A DNA stretch of 64,000 nt from the NCBI GenBank assembly GCA_964016885.1, contig OZ024762.1:1674001-1738000 (forward strand). Direction: 5' to 3'. The notes beneath the pieces are model-generated. The model searched no databases. It had not been told where the DNA came from and was given only the letters and a program-made list of their open reading frames with translations. This DNA is from Eledone cirrhosa. Taxonomy: Eukaryota. Of the stretch, positions 1 to 15,774 are shown piece after piece; positions within the stretch are counted from its first letter, which is position 1, and the number at the start of each line of letters is the position of its first letter. Both the position numbers and the translations under genes were made by a program.

Positions 1-246
1 TATCATAAATCATGTCTTTAGAATCATTAGATAAAATATGATTTATGATATATTGCTCTGATTATTTAATTTATTAATTCTTCATAGAGTTTAAAAGTGA
101 CCGGTTGCATCATATATATCTATAACTTTATATATATGTAAAACTTTATATATATATATATAAATATACACAGGTCTGTATGATTGTGTATAGAAGATTA
201 TATTATGACAGTTGAAAATTGCAAACTTGACTGTCACCACAGAATA

Positions 247-285
247 TGAACCTGAAGATTGCGAAAGCATGAAAGTACTTGTTCA
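247..285 (+). ncRNA. Minimal type I hammerhead ribozyme motif
   Basis: TGAAC-CTGAAGA-T-TGC-GAAA-GCA-T-GAAA-GTAC-T-T-GTTCA. Both core boxes are present, with stem I TGAAC/GTTCA, stem II TGC/GCA and palindromic stem III AGTACT. Confidence 0.7.
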
Positions 286-397
286 ATTAACACTTAACAT
301 TTAATATTCTACCATACTATTTCATTCTAATACCATTTTACATCTTAAAGGATTGTAAATAAAACTAGTAAATCAGACAAAGTTGGAATTCCTTTTA

Positions 398-439
<42 letters not shown>

Positions 440-454
440 TGTGTATAACTCTCC

Positions 455-555
455 TATGAGTGAAACATGGTCACCCAACCCAACTTGCCTCTAAATGGGA
501 CAAACCTGTCTAACCCACGCTAGCGTGGAAGATAAACGTTAAACGATGATGATGA
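455..555 (+). mobile_element. 3' end of a SINE with RTE-like tail (...GCTAGC..GGAAG..ACGTTAAACGATGATG); other copies at about 6258-6295(+), 6905-7170(-), 8470-8660(+), 18680-18865(-), 22430-22625(-), 46855-47025(-), 52935-53105(-)
   Basis: A dispersed repeat ending in (GAT)n; the tail resembles the 3' end of the RTE fragments in this window. Confidence 0.7.
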
Positions 556-840
556 TATATATAGATGGTGGCGGCGGTGGTTATGGTGGTGCTGATGGTC
601 GTTATGGTGGTGATGGTGGTGGTGATGATGGTTGTAGTAATGTTCATGATGATGATTATTGTAATGGTGGTGGGGGGGGGGGGGGTGATTATTATGAGGA
701 TAATGATGATGATGCCTCATCTATTATGTTTTTATTTCTTCCATAATGGTGTTGGTGATGATGATGATGTCTCAATTATTTTATATTTTTATCTCTTCCA
801 GACCTGATTTGTATGAAATAGAAGCGAAAGGCTGTGAACA

Positions 841-1667
841 ATGAAAGGGAAGGACAAAGAAGTTGTCTCCAACTCTTCGAGTTCGTCGAGGAGTTCGGAG
901 AAGAGGAAGACTTCCGCACGCTTCTCTCTCCGGCGCATATTCTACTCGCACCACCGGCGCACCAAGTCGCAGGTCAGCATGGACATGGACAGCCGCTCAG
1001 AGAGCAGCATCACCAACACCAACCTCATCGACAACAAATACAACAGAGCTGGCCACTCTCCTTCTCCTTCCTCCTCCTCCTCTTCGGACTCCCTCCCCGT
1101 AGCCCCCTACCCACAACAGAATGCCTACATGTCAGAACCCCCGACACAGTCCACACCGCACCTACTACAAGACGCTGTTGCTACGACACAACAACAACAA
1201 CAACAACAACAACTACAACAACAGCAGCAGCAGCAGCAGCAGCAAGAACAACAACAGCAAGAACAGCAGCAGCAACAGTTGCTACAACAACAACAACAAC
1301 AACAACAGTTGCCACAGGAGCAACAACAACAACAGCAGCAGCAGCAGCAGCAACAATCGCAGCAATCGGGTGTCCCCGAGCGGGAATGCCCTCTATGTCT
1401 GTCCGAGTACCCTGATGAACTCTACCCGAACATCAGCACCTGTTTTCATCGCTCGTGTATCGACTGCCTTAAACAGTATCTCCGGATTGAAATTATGGAA
1501 AGTCGGGTAAACATCGCCTGTCCCGAGTGTGCTGAGCGTTTTCACCCGAATGACATAAAAATGATTCTAAAGGACCCGGTCCTCATACAGAAGTATGAGG
1601 ACTTTATGGTCCGACGGGTGCTGGTTTCAAACCCTGATGCGAGATGGTGCCCTGCTCCAAATTGTGG
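841..1667 (+). CDS. RNF19: RNF19A/B-like RBR E3 ubiquitin ligase, coding exon 1 (Ser-rich/polyQ N-terminus, RING1, start of IBR)
   Basis: Acceptor TTCCAG ends at 801 and ATG is at 841. Encodes ECPLC...[30 protein letters not shown] (RING1) and RWCPAPNCG (IBR). Donor GTAAG at 1668, phase 2. Confidence 0.93.
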
Positions 1668-1766
1668 GTAAGCCTTCCACTTTTTTCCTGCTTCCCCCCC
1701 CCCCCCCCCTCCTTTTTTTTCCTTTGATTTTATATGATATTGTTCCCCTACCCTTTAACTGTTTAA

Positions 1767-3190
1767 CCCTTTAGCATTTAAACCGGCCGTATTCAGCCAG
1801 AATTCTCTCACCTCTTTCAGTTCAAACTGACCGTAACTGGCCACTCATACTGATGTTAAGGTATTGTTCTCAAAATAACATCAAAATCTCATAGATTTGA
1901 TATTATGTGAGGTAAAGCCTTTACTGTGAAAATACAATAGTATATATAGAGTAATGTAAATGTTATGTGAGGTATTATGTGAGGTAAAGCCTTTACTGTG
2001 AAAATACAATAGTATATATAGAGTAATGTAAATGTTATGTGAGATATTATGTGAGGTAAAGCCTTTACTGTGAAAATACAATAGTATATATAGAGTAATG
2101 TAAATGTTATGTGAGATATTATGTGAGGTAAAGCCTTTACTGTGAAAATACAATAGTATATATAGAGTAATGTAAATGTTATGTGAGGTATTATGTGAGG
2201 TAAAGCCTTTACTGTGAAAATACAATAGTATATATAGAGTAATGTAAATGTTATGTGAGATATTATGAAAGGTAAAGCCTTTACTATGAAAATACAATAG
2301 TATATATAGAGTAATGTAGATGTTATGTGAGATATTATGTAAGGTAAAGCCTTTACTATGAAAATACAATAGTATATATAGAGTAATGTAAATGTTATGT
2401 GAGATATTATGTGAGGTAAAGCCTTTACTGTGAAAATACAATAGTATATATAAAGTAATGTAAATGTTATGTGAGATATTATGTAAGGTAAAGCCTTTAC
2501 TATGAAAATACAATAGTATATATAGAGTAATGTAAATGTTATGTGAGATATTATGTGAGATAAAGCCTTTACTGTGATAATACAATAGTATATATAGAGT
2601 AATGTAAATGTTATGTGAGATATTATGTGAGGTAAAGCCTTTACTGTGAAAATACAATAGTATATATAGAGTAATGTAAATGTTATGTGAGATATTATGT
2701 GAGGTAAAGCCTTTACTGTGAAAATACAATAGTATATATAGAGTAATGTAAATGTTATGTGAGATATTATGTGAGATAAAGCCTTTACTGTGATAATACA
2801 ATAGTATATATAGAGTAATGTAAATGTTATGTGAGATATTATGTGAGGTAAAGCCTTTACTGTGAAAATACAATAGTATATATAGAGTAATGTAAATGTT
2901 ATGTGAGATATTATGTGAGGTAAAGCCTTTACTGTGATAATACAATAGTATATATAGAGTAATGTAAATGTTATGTGAGATATTATGTGAGGTAAAGCCT
3001 TTACTGTGAAAATACAATAGTATATATAGAGTAATGTAAATGTTATGTGAGATATTATGTAAGGTAAAGCCTTTACTATGAAAATACAATAGTATATATA
3101 GAGTAATGTAAATGTTATGTGAGATATTATGTGAAGTAAAGCCTTTACTGTGAAAATACAATAGTATATATTATATAGAGTAATGTAAAC
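1767..3190. mobile_element. piggyBac-like non-autonomous element carrying about 18 units of a 72-bp satellite
   Basis: Starts TTAA|CCCTTTAGCATTTA, then ~130 bp of unique sequence and a 72-bp tandem array. Confidence 0.75.
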
Positions 3191-3568
3191 TGTATTTCTA
3201 ATGAAATAAAGTCTATTTCAATAAATGAAGAATTTTTGATAATTAGTAAAATAATTTAATTAAGATACTATTTATAAATATATACACACACATATATATA
3301 TATATTCACACGTACACACACACACACAGGTGTATATATAGGTTATTATGTGAGTAACTTGTGGTTGTGGTAGATGTTGTTGTAGTTGTTATGGATGTTG
3401 TTGTTGTTGGAATGTGTGTAGCATTACTTCAGTATTAGTCACATCTCTCAACATAAAACAAAACCCACTCCAAGTCTATCAGTAAGACTGTCAGTAAATG
3501 TTTTATTATAAAATAGTATATTTATTGGTGTTACTAATGACACTCAGCCACACCTGTGTACTTTGTAT

Positions 3569-3765
3569 CAGGCATGTGAAGCCTGCGGGATGCAAGCCAC
3601 CTGCGGCCCTTTACAAGCACACCTGCGGCCCGCACAAAGGTTTTTATAGCGCGAGCATAATGTATAATTAAAAATATTAGTTGTAATGTGTGCAATTAGT
3701 TGTTGAGTGTGGCCCTCAGACAACATATATGTGGCCCTGGGGGGACCCTCAGTTGGACTTGCCTG
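3569..3765. mobile_element. Putative hAT (Charlie-like) MITE
   Basis: CAGGCA...TGCCTG termini with internal GCGGCCC/GTGGCCC subterminal motifs; no clear 8-bp TSD. Confidence 0.5.
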
Positions 3766-3863
3766 TTGTAGGTAGTACAGTGAATTACTGGTGTTAGTAC
3801 TAAAGCAAGAACTCTATGCACAGGCAGAGTGATTATATTAGAAAAAAACAAGGAAGTTTCGTT

Positions 3864-3915
<52 letters not shown>

Positions 3916-3992
3916 TAAATGTGAAGACTAAAATCCAAAGAGGTCTCGATAAGGATAAATATATATAAAATATATAAGAACCGTAGAGCAAA

Positions 3993-4139
3993 TATTTATT
4001 AAAATAACAGATTAAAGTTTAAGCAAAGAATCGCTGCTTTCACCCTTAATGGGATCTTCTGAAACTGTTTCAGAAGATCCCATTAAGGGTGAAAGCAACG
4101 ATTCTTTGCTTAAACTTTAATCTGTTATTTTAGTAAATA
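3993..4139. repeat. Near-perfect palindrome, 73-bp arms, 1-nt spacer
   Basis: Centre GAAAC-T-GTTTC at 4066; two mismatches seen between the arms. Confidence 0.9.
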
Positions 4140-4334
4140 AATATATATATATATATATCTTTGTCACATCATCAGTCTGAAGAGCAGATTGATACTAGAG
4201 TCAGGTCCTCTTATGTGTCACCCTGAGCCAATCCTCTGTGAAACATGTGTAACGGGTCGATAGACAATAAAAATCTTATACATGTAAACAAAACTTCCTC
4301 GTTTTTTTCTGTGTATATAGATATATATATATGA

Positions 4335-4393
<59 letters not shown>

Positions 4394-4421
4394 GATAAAT
4401 ATATATGTGTGTATATATATG

Positions 4422-4454
<33 letters not shown>

Positions 4455-5455
4455 ATAATTTTTGATGATTTAGTGTTAAAGAATAAAAACTAATGATAAA
4501 ATAAAAATATATATTGAAAAGACTGAGGCCCCTGGGTGGGGGGGGTTCCTAAGCTGTAGCTTATTTAGCTTATAGGTAAGTCCAACACACATACATATAC
4601 ATATATATATATACACACACACACACACATATATATATATACATATATATAATCTCTGCCTTCTCTAGCAACCAAGCGATCAATGATTTGACCACCACTC
4701 CAACCAAGCCTACTCCACCTTTCTATGATTTCTCCCTTATTTTGTTTGTTTTCTTGAAAGGAATAAGAGAGAGGGGGTGGGGTGCTAGGAGTGGGGTGGG
4801 GCGGCTAAGAGGTTGGAGGTGTGGGGTGGGGTTGGCTAGTTATTTTTAAATTGTAAAGCTGATTTGTCTGTAGAGACAGACCAGGCTTTTGTCTTGGTGG
4901 TGGGTGGGGTGGTGGTGGGTGTGGGTGTAGGTAGGGAGTGTGGGGTGGCTGGAACCAGGAAACGTTCAGTGGTGCATGTTAACCACAGAAATAACCACAT
5001 TTCAACCTCACTAGACACTTGCTTGACAACATCGCCATCATCATCATCATCATCACCATTATCATCACCATCATTATCATTATCACCATTACCATCATCA
5101 TGTCGTTCTTCACCTTGGAAGATGTTATGCCCTCTCCCCCATCACTGTCCTTCATAGCCAGGCTGAGGACCTAATAAGTGCTCCAGCATGGTCAAGTGAT
5201 GATGGTGGTGGTGGTAATAGTGTTATAGTGATGTAATGGTGGTGGTGCTAGTGTGAGGGTGATGGTACAGTCACACTAGTTTGTAGTGGTATAGTGTATT
5301 GGTGGTAGTGTAGTGGTGGTAGTACAGTCACACTAGTTTGTAGTGGTATAGTGTATTGGTGGTAGTGTAGTGGTGGTAGTACAGTCACACTAGTATTATT
5401 TCATTTAGGATTTTCAATTTAGTTTCTTTCATAAATTTAATTTTTGCTTTTTTAT

Positions 5456-5502
<47 letters not shown>

Positions 5503-6074
5503 GACAGACACACACACACGCACATATATATATATATATATACATACATATATTTACATACCTATGCACACACACACACTTCTTATATATATTAGAGGAA
5601 ATAGGTTCAATTTTAGATTGGCAACTGTGAGATTTTAAATTATCTCCACCACCATCACTACCATCACCATTATCATCATCACCACCACCACCACAACCAC
5701 CACCACCACCACAACCACCATCATTATCATCACTACCATCATCATCATCATCACCACAACCACCATCACCACCACCACCACCACCACCATCATTATCATC
5801 ATCACTACCATCATCATCACAACCACCACCACCACCAGCCATTACCATCACTACCATCACCATCACTACCATCACCACCATCACCACCACCACCACACCA
5901 TCACCACCAAAACCACCACCACCACCACCATCAGTCATCAATATTACTATTATTATATAAAAATAGAAGACTTTGTGGAATTGGTTGCCAGACAGGATTA
6001 AGTCTGGGTAAAGTGTTTCTGGTGATGGAACTTGGAGAGATGAGGTTAACTGGAAGAAGGAATTGAAAAGGTTA

Positions 6075-6109
<35 letters not shown>

Positions 6110-7235
6110 CATACACATATATACATACACACACACGTATATATATACATGCATACACATACACACATATATATATATACATGCATACACACACACACAT
6201 ATATATATATACATGCATACACACACAAATATATATATATATATATATACACACACAACCCATGCTAGCGTCGAAGAGGGACATTAAACGATGATATACA
6301 TTCATACACACATTTACACACATATATAAATATAGAGACACATTTATACACACACATATATATAAATATAGAGACACATTTATACACACACATATATATA
6401 AATATAGAGACACATTTACACACATATATAAATATAGAGACACATTTATACACACACATATATGTAAATATAGGGGCACATTTACACACACATATATATA
6501 AATATAGGGGCACATTTACACACACATATATATGTAAATATAGAGACACATTTATACACACACATATATGTAAATATAGAGACACATTTATACACATACA
6601 TATATATAAATATAGGGGCACATTTATACACACATATATATAAATATAGAGACACATTTACACGCACACATATATATAAATATAGAGACACATTTATACA
6701 CACACTTATATATAAATATAGGGGCACTGTCTTTGCCAGCCTATTGGACGCCCCTTCACATAAGACGCTCGCTTTTTTAAAATTATATTTAGATGTTTAT
6801 AGACATTTTTATGGACCAAGGCCAATATTTGGGGTTTTTCACTCCTCACGGGTGCCCTAGGAATGTAACTCCTGAAAATACCAGAGGACTACTGTGTATA
6901 CATATCATCATCATCACCGTTTTACATCCGTTCTTCCACGCTAGCATGGGTTAGACGGGTTGTCCTGTTGTGGGCAGTGTCCGGTCGGCTGACCTTGTCT
7001 TGCTCATACGGGAACTGATTCTGGCTTGATTTCTACAGCTGGATGCCCTTCCTAACACCTACCTCATTTACAGTGTGGACTGGGTGCTCTTTTTCCATGG
7101 CGACTACACGTCCACTTTACAGTGAGGGCTGGGAGCTTTTTTTCCATGGCGCCTCCACGACCATATTGCAGTGGGAGGGATATATATATGTATATATATA
7201 TATTTAATGTTTCTTTTTTTTTTTTTATTTTTCAG

Positions 7236-7429
7236 TTATGCTGTGATAGCAACTGGCTGTGCCAGTTGTCCCAAATTGAAATGTGAGCGACCAGAGTGTG
7301 TGACAGATTTTTGTTACCATTGTAAACAGATCTGGCACCCGAACCAGACTTGTGATGCAGCCAGAGCTGAACGGTCACCAAATATTCAAGCTCTCACTCT
7401 CAATTACAGCCATGAGACGGGCTCGCAGA
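7236..7429 (+). CDS. RNF19: RNF19-like coding exon 2 (IBR)
   Basis: Poly-T tract plus CAG acceptor; encodes [16 protein letters not shown]...[20 protein letters not shown]; donor GTAAGT at 7430. Confidence 0.93.
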
Positions 7430-8040
7430 GTAAGTACATTCGACTTTAGGCACAAGGGGAGAGGGCAAAGTCAATTAAATCGACCCCAGTGCATTACTGG
7501 TACTTTATTTTATCGACCCCGTAAGGTTGAAAGGTAAAGTTAACCTTGGTGGGATTTCAACTCAGAACGTAAAGCACCAGTAATACACTAGGGTAATTGC
7601 TGGCCTTGTGCTGAAAGTAGAAGCATCGTTATTATTTGTAAGTAGTTATCAAGGAAAGGTGTGCTGCTCTGCCACTGTAGGAAATAACCAATCACATTGT
7701 CTTGATAGGTTATTGATCTCGGTTTTATTATTAGACGAGACTATAACTACACTTGTACTATTGTACTACTGCAGAGTTATGACAATTAACTAGTGTAGAC
7801 TTCCTTTATATATATATGTGTTTGTGGATATATTATATATACACATATATACATACATACATATATATATATATATATGTGTTTGTGGATATATTATATA
7901 TACACATATATACATACATACATACATATATACATATATATGTGTTTGTGGATATATTATATATACACATATATACATACATACATACATATATACATAT
8001 ATATGTGTTTGTGGATATATTATATATACACATACATACA

Positions 8041-8330
8041 TCATCATCATCATTTTACGTCCGCTTTTCCCTGCCTGCAAGGGTGGGATGGGTCCTATTC
8101 AGCACAGCATCTCTCCACTCGTCACGGTCCTTCGTCATCTCCACCGTGAGCTTCAGCGATCTGAGGTCTGTTCTCACCACCTCCGCCCATGATTTTCGTG
8201 GTCTTCCTCTACTGCGTCTTCCTTCAACTGGCATTTCTTGGCACTTCTTCACCCATCAGTCATCCTCCCTGCGCATCACATGTCCATACCACCTCAGTCT
8301 CCTCTCCCGCACACTACATTCTATCCCTCT
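8041..8330 (-). mobile_element. RTE-clade LINE 3' fragment (also 45903-46152 and 51984-52233)
   Basis: Minus-strand peptide MPVEGRRSRGRPRKSWAEVVRTDL...DRDEWR is typical of the RTE ORF C-terminus; (GAT)n tail. Confidence 0.8.
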
Positions 8331-8390
8331 CAGACACAGTTACTCTCTCATATGTATATCATCATCATTTAACGTCCATTTTCCACACTA

Positions 8391-8446
<56 letters not shown>

Positions 8447-8771
8447 TGTAAAGTGGACATGTAAAAGACATGGCAAAGAGCACCCGGCCCACCCTGTAAA
8501 GTGGTTGGCGTTAGGAAGGACATCCAGCCGTAGAAAACCAGCCAGAAACAGTCCTATATGAGCGAGACATGGTCACCTGACCCAACTCGCCTCTAAATGG
8601 GACAAACCCGTCCTACCCATGCTAGCCTGGAAGACGGACGTTAAACGATGATGATGATGATGGCGATATGTTTACTCTTTTACTCTTTTGCCTGTTCCAG
8701 CCATCTGACTGAGGCCATGCTGGGGCACCGCCCTTGATGTCTGTGTAAAATATAAAATTGTATTGTTTCAG

Positions 8772-8916
8772 GAGATGATATAAAACCTTGCCCAAGATGT
8801 ACAGCATTCATCACCAAGATGAACGACGGCTCATGTAACCACATGAAATGTACAGTTTGTGGAACAGAGTTCTGTTGGCTTTGTATGAAAGAGATTTCAG
8901 ACCTTCATTATTTGAG
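8772..8916 (+). CDS. RNF19: RNF19-like coding exon 3 (RING2/Rcat with catalytic Cys)
   Basis: Not in the ORF track. Hand translation [48 protein letters not shown] closely matches RNF19A RING2. TTTCAG acceptor, GTAAC donor. Confidence 0.95.
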
Positions 8917-9064
8917 GTAACTTATTGATTCCATTGATTTCATTGATTTCATTGATCCATTTCTATTATTGATTGATTCGTTGATATATTATATTGATTT
9001 TATTATCTGGTTATCTAATTCTTCTGGAAGGGCTGCGTTACCTGAGTGAATCTCACTGTCGATG

Positions 9065-10640
<1,576 letters not shown>

Positions 10641-10725
10641 GTCATCGTCAATTTGTCATTCTTTATTATGAAACTTCAAATAGGATTGTAGCAGTTTGAC
10701 CTGTGTGTGTGTGTGTCTGTCTCTC

Positions 10726-10757
<32 letters not shown>

Positions 10758-10948
10758 TGTGTGTCTGTCTGTGTGTCTGTCTGTGTGTCTGTATATGTGT
10801 GTGTATGTGTGTAATAAAATCGTTTTGTTGTGTAACTTTAGTATATTACTTCCCTATATGTGTGTGTGGGAGGGGGGGAGAAATATATTGGTGTGTGTGA
10901 GAGAGAGATAGAGAAGTGTGTGTGTGTGAGAAAGAGAAGTATATATTT

Positions 10949-10979
<31 letters not shown>

Positions 10980-11503
10980 AGAAAGAGAAGTATATATTTG
11001 TGTGTATGTGTGTGTGTGTGAAAAAGAGAAGTATATATTTGTGTGTGTGTGTGAGAAAGAGAAGTATATATTTGTGTGTATGTATGTGTGTGTGTGAGAG
11101 AGAGAGAAAGATAAGAAATGTATATGTGAGAGATAGAGAAATGTGTGTGTGACATCATTCAAGCCATGATCAGCCAATCTTTCATTAGTGGGGGTAGATG
11201 GGGGTAGGTAGGTGTATTTTAACTTTCTTCCGACCAACCCTGCCCAAAGTTGGCACCAGTTCTATGGAATAAAATCATCCAAAGTTCCTATTTAAATTAA
11301 AATCTTACAATATATCATTATGTTTGGGGGTGGCCATGTTGCCAGTATTGCCAATAAAAAGAATCACGTACACCACATGATTTTCACTTCATCTCTATTA
11401 CTAGTTATTTGTTAGTTCGTCAGAGTTCTTTCGTCACACATTTTGTGGCCTCCTCAATAACTGTTTCTTCTCCTTTATGCCTCTTCTTCTTTCTGGTCTT
11501 TAA

Positions 11504-14500
11504 CCCTTTAGCATTTAAGCCAGCTATATCTGACCAGAATTCTCTCACCACTTTCTGGTCAAACTGTTCGTAACTGGCCACTCATACTCATGTTAAGGTA
11601 TTGTTCTCAAAATAAATAATAAAAAAATCCCATAGATTCAATATTATGTGAGGTAAAGCCTTTACCATGAAAATACAATAGTATATATAGAGTAATGTAA
11701 ATGTTGTGTGAGATATTATGTGAGGTAAAGCCTTTACTGTGAAAATACAATAGTATATATAGAGTAATGTAAATGTTATGTGAGATATTATGTGAGGTAA
11801 AGTCTTTACTGTGAAAATACAATAGTATATATAGAGTAATGTAAATGTTATGTGAGATATTATGTGAGGTAAAGTCTTTACTGTGAAAATACAATAGTAT
11901 ATATAGAGTAATGTAAATGTTATGTGAGATATTATGTGAGGTAAAGCCTTTACTGTGAAAATACAATAGTATATATAGAGTAATGTAAATGTTATGTGAG
12001 ATATTATGTGAGGTAAAGTCTTTACTGTGAAAATACAATAGTATATATAGAGTAATGTAAATGTTATGTGAGATATTATGTGAGGTAAAGCCTTTACTGT
12101 GAAAATACAATAGTATATATAGAGTAATGTAAATGTTATGTGAGATATTATGTGAGGTAAAGCCTTTACTGTGAAAATACAATAGTATATATAGAGTAAT
12201 GTAAATGTTATGTGAGATATTATGTGAGGTAAAGCCTTTACTGTGAAAATACAATAGTATATATAGAGTAATGTAAATGTTATGTGAGATATTATGTGAG
12301 GTAAAGCCTTTACTGTGAAAATACAATAGTATATATAGAGTAATGTAAATGTCATGTGAGATATTATGTGAGGTAAAGCCTTTACTGTGAAAATACAATA
12401 GTATATATAGAGTAATGTAAATGTTATGTGAGATATTATGTGAGGTAAAGCCTTTACTGTGAAAATACAATAGTATATATAGAGTAATGTAAATGTTATG
12501 TGAGATATTATGTGAGGTAAAGCCTTTACTGTGACAATACAATAGTATATATAGAGTAATGTAAATGTCATGTGAGATATTATGTGAGGTAAAGCCTTTA
12601 CTGTGAAAATACAATAGTATATATAGAGTAATGTAAATGTTATGTGAGATATTATGTGAGGTAAAGCCTTTACTGTGACAATACAATAGTATATATAGAG
12701 TAATGTAAATGTCATGTGAGATATTATGTGAGGTAAAGCCTTTACTGTGAAAATACAATAGTATATATAGAGTAATGTAAATGTTATGTGAGATATTATG
12801 TGAGGTAAAGCCTTTACTGTGACAATACAATAGTATATATAGAGTAATGTAAATGTCATGTGAGATATTATGTGAGGTAAAGCCTTTACTGTGAAAATAC
12901 AATAGTATATATAGAGTAATGTAAATGTCATGTGAGGTAAAGCCTTTACTGTGACAATACAATAGTATATATAGAGTAATGTAAATGTCATGTGAGATAT
13001 TATGTGAGGTAAAGCCTTTACTGTGAAAATACAATAGTATATATAGAGTAATGTAAATGTCATGTGAGGTATTATGTGAGGTAAAGCCTTTACTGTGACA
13101 ATACAATAGTATATATAGAGTAATGTAAATGTCATATGAGATATTATGTGAGGTAAAGCCTTTACTGTGACAATACAATAGTATATATAGAGTAATGTAA
13201 ATGTTATGTGAGATATTATGTGAGGTAAAGCCTTTACTGTGATAATACAATAGTATATATAGAGTAATGTAAATGTTATGTGAGATATTATGTGAGGTAA
13301 AGCCTTTACTGTGAAAATACAATAGTATATATAGAGTAATGTAAATGTTATGTGAGATATTATGTGAGGTAAAGCCTTTACTGTGACAATACAATAGTAT
13401 ATATAGAGTAATGTAAATGTCATGTGAGATATTATGTGAGGTAAAGCCTTTACTGTGAAAATACAATAGTATATATAGAGTAATGTAAATGTCATGTGAG
13501 ATATTATGTGAGGTAAAGCCTTTACTGTGACAATACAATAGTATATATAGAGTAATGTAAATGTTATGTGAGATATTATGTGAGGTAAAGCCTTTACTGT
13601 GACAATACAATAGTATATATAGAGTAATGTAAATGTTATGTGAGATATTATGTGAGGTAAAGCCTTTACTGTGAAAATACAATAGTATATATAGAGTAAT
13701 GTAAATGTTATGTGAGATATTATGTGAGGTAAAGCCTTTACTGTGAAAATACAATAGTATATATAGAGTAATGTAAATGTTATGTGAGATATTATGTGAG
13801 GTAAAGCCTTTACTGTGAAAATACAATAGTATATATAGAGTAATGTAAATGTTATGTGAGATATTATGTGAGGTAAAGCCTTTACTGTGAAAATACAATA
13901 GTATATATAGAGTAATGTAAATGTTATGTGAGATATTATGTGAGGTAAAGCCTTTACTGTGACAATACAATAGTATATATAGAGTAATGTAAATGTCATG
14001 TGAGATATTATGTGAGGTAAAGCCTTTACTGTGAAAATACAATAGTATATATAGAGTAATGTAAATGTTATGTGAGATATTATGTGAGGTAAAGCCTTTA
14101 CTGTGACAATACAATAGTATATATAGAGTAATGTAAATGTCATGTGAGATATTATGTGAGGTAAAGCCTTTACTGTGAAAATACAATAGTATATATAGAG
14201 TAATGTAAATGTTATGTGAGATATTATGTGAGGTAAAGCCTTTACTGTGACAATACAATAGTATATATAGAGTAATGTAAATGTCATGTGAGATATTATG
14301 TGAGGTAAAGCCTTTACTGTGAAAATACAATAGTATATATAGAGTAATGTAAATGTCATGTGAGGTATTATGTGAGGTAAAGCCTTTACTGTGACAATAC
14401 AATAGTATATATAGAGTAATGTAAATGTCATGTGAGATATTATGTGAGGTAAAGCCTTTACTGTGAAAATACAATAGTATATATAGAGTAATGTAAATGT

Positions 14501-14675
14501 CATGTGAGGTATTATGTGAGGTAAAGCCTTTACTGTGACAATACAATAGTATATATAGAGTAATGTAAATGTCATGTGAGATATTATGTGAGGTAAAGCC
14601 TTTACTGTGAAAATACAATAGTATATATAGAGTAATGTAAATGTCATGTGAGGTATTATGTGAGGTAAAGCCTTT
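11504..14675. mobile_element. piggyBac-like element with about 42 units of the 72-bp satellite
   Basis: Starts TTAA|CCCTTTAGCATTTA; same leader and unit as the copy at 1767. Confidence 0.8.
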
Positions 14676-15774
14676 CATTTCCATATTTCTAATGAAACAC
14701 ACTGTCTATGATTTTCAAATAATTTCGGAGACAATCAAGATTTTGGAAAAATTTAATGATATAATTTTTGCATTATTAAGCAAGTAATTGGAACATAACT
14801 TAACAAAGGTTCTGACGGGTGGTTTTAAAATAAATACAAACACTCTAAAATAAGCAACACAACATTGTAGGGGGAACGGGTGGTTGTTGTGTGTAATTAT
14901 TTTATGAATGAAGTGTGGGAAATAGAGCTGGCACATGGCACACGTGGATGGCAACGTGTATACACACATATATATACACCACCACACATATATGTGTATA
15001 TATACATACACAGAGAGAGAGGGGGATGTAATTGTGCGGATTATATATTGTTAATCCTTACTTCACACGTGGGATAAGAATCTATACCCCCCACACACAC
15101 GTGTATATATATATATATATACACACACACATATTTATATATACATATACATGCTCACACACATATATATATACATACACACACACACGTATATATATAT
15201 ATGTACATATACATACACACACATTTATATACACATATACATGCTCACACACACATATATATACACATATATATATATACATATACATACACACATTTAT
15301 ATATACATATACATGCTCACACACATATATATACATACACACACACACATATATATATACATATACACACACACACATATATATATACATATACATACAC
15401 ACATTTATATATACATATACATGCTCACACACATATATATATACATACACACACACACATACACATATATATATATACATATACATACACACATTTATAT
15501 ATACATATACATGCTCACACACACATATATATACATACATACACACACACATATATATAAAGCAGACGTAAAATGATGATGAGAGAGAAAGAGAAGTAAT
15601 TGTGTAGATTATAGACAATCTTTATTCTACACGTGGGAGAAGAATCTATAAACATAGACGTCATTTATTTACAAATAAATCTGTCCATGATTGATTAGAA
15701 ACGAAAACAACCACAACAGTCACAGGTAGTTTACTTGTCTACCTGTCCACATCTTTCTATAAACCCCAGTTTAT

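Noticed and set aside
11588-14702. 1019- and 1031-aa ORFs (and similar ones at 1881, 19450-21197, 35045 and 43637)
   Set aside because: They are translations of a 72-bp satellite that lacks stops in two frames; they have non-ATG or arbitrary starts, frameshifting 71-bp units in sister arrays and no domain.
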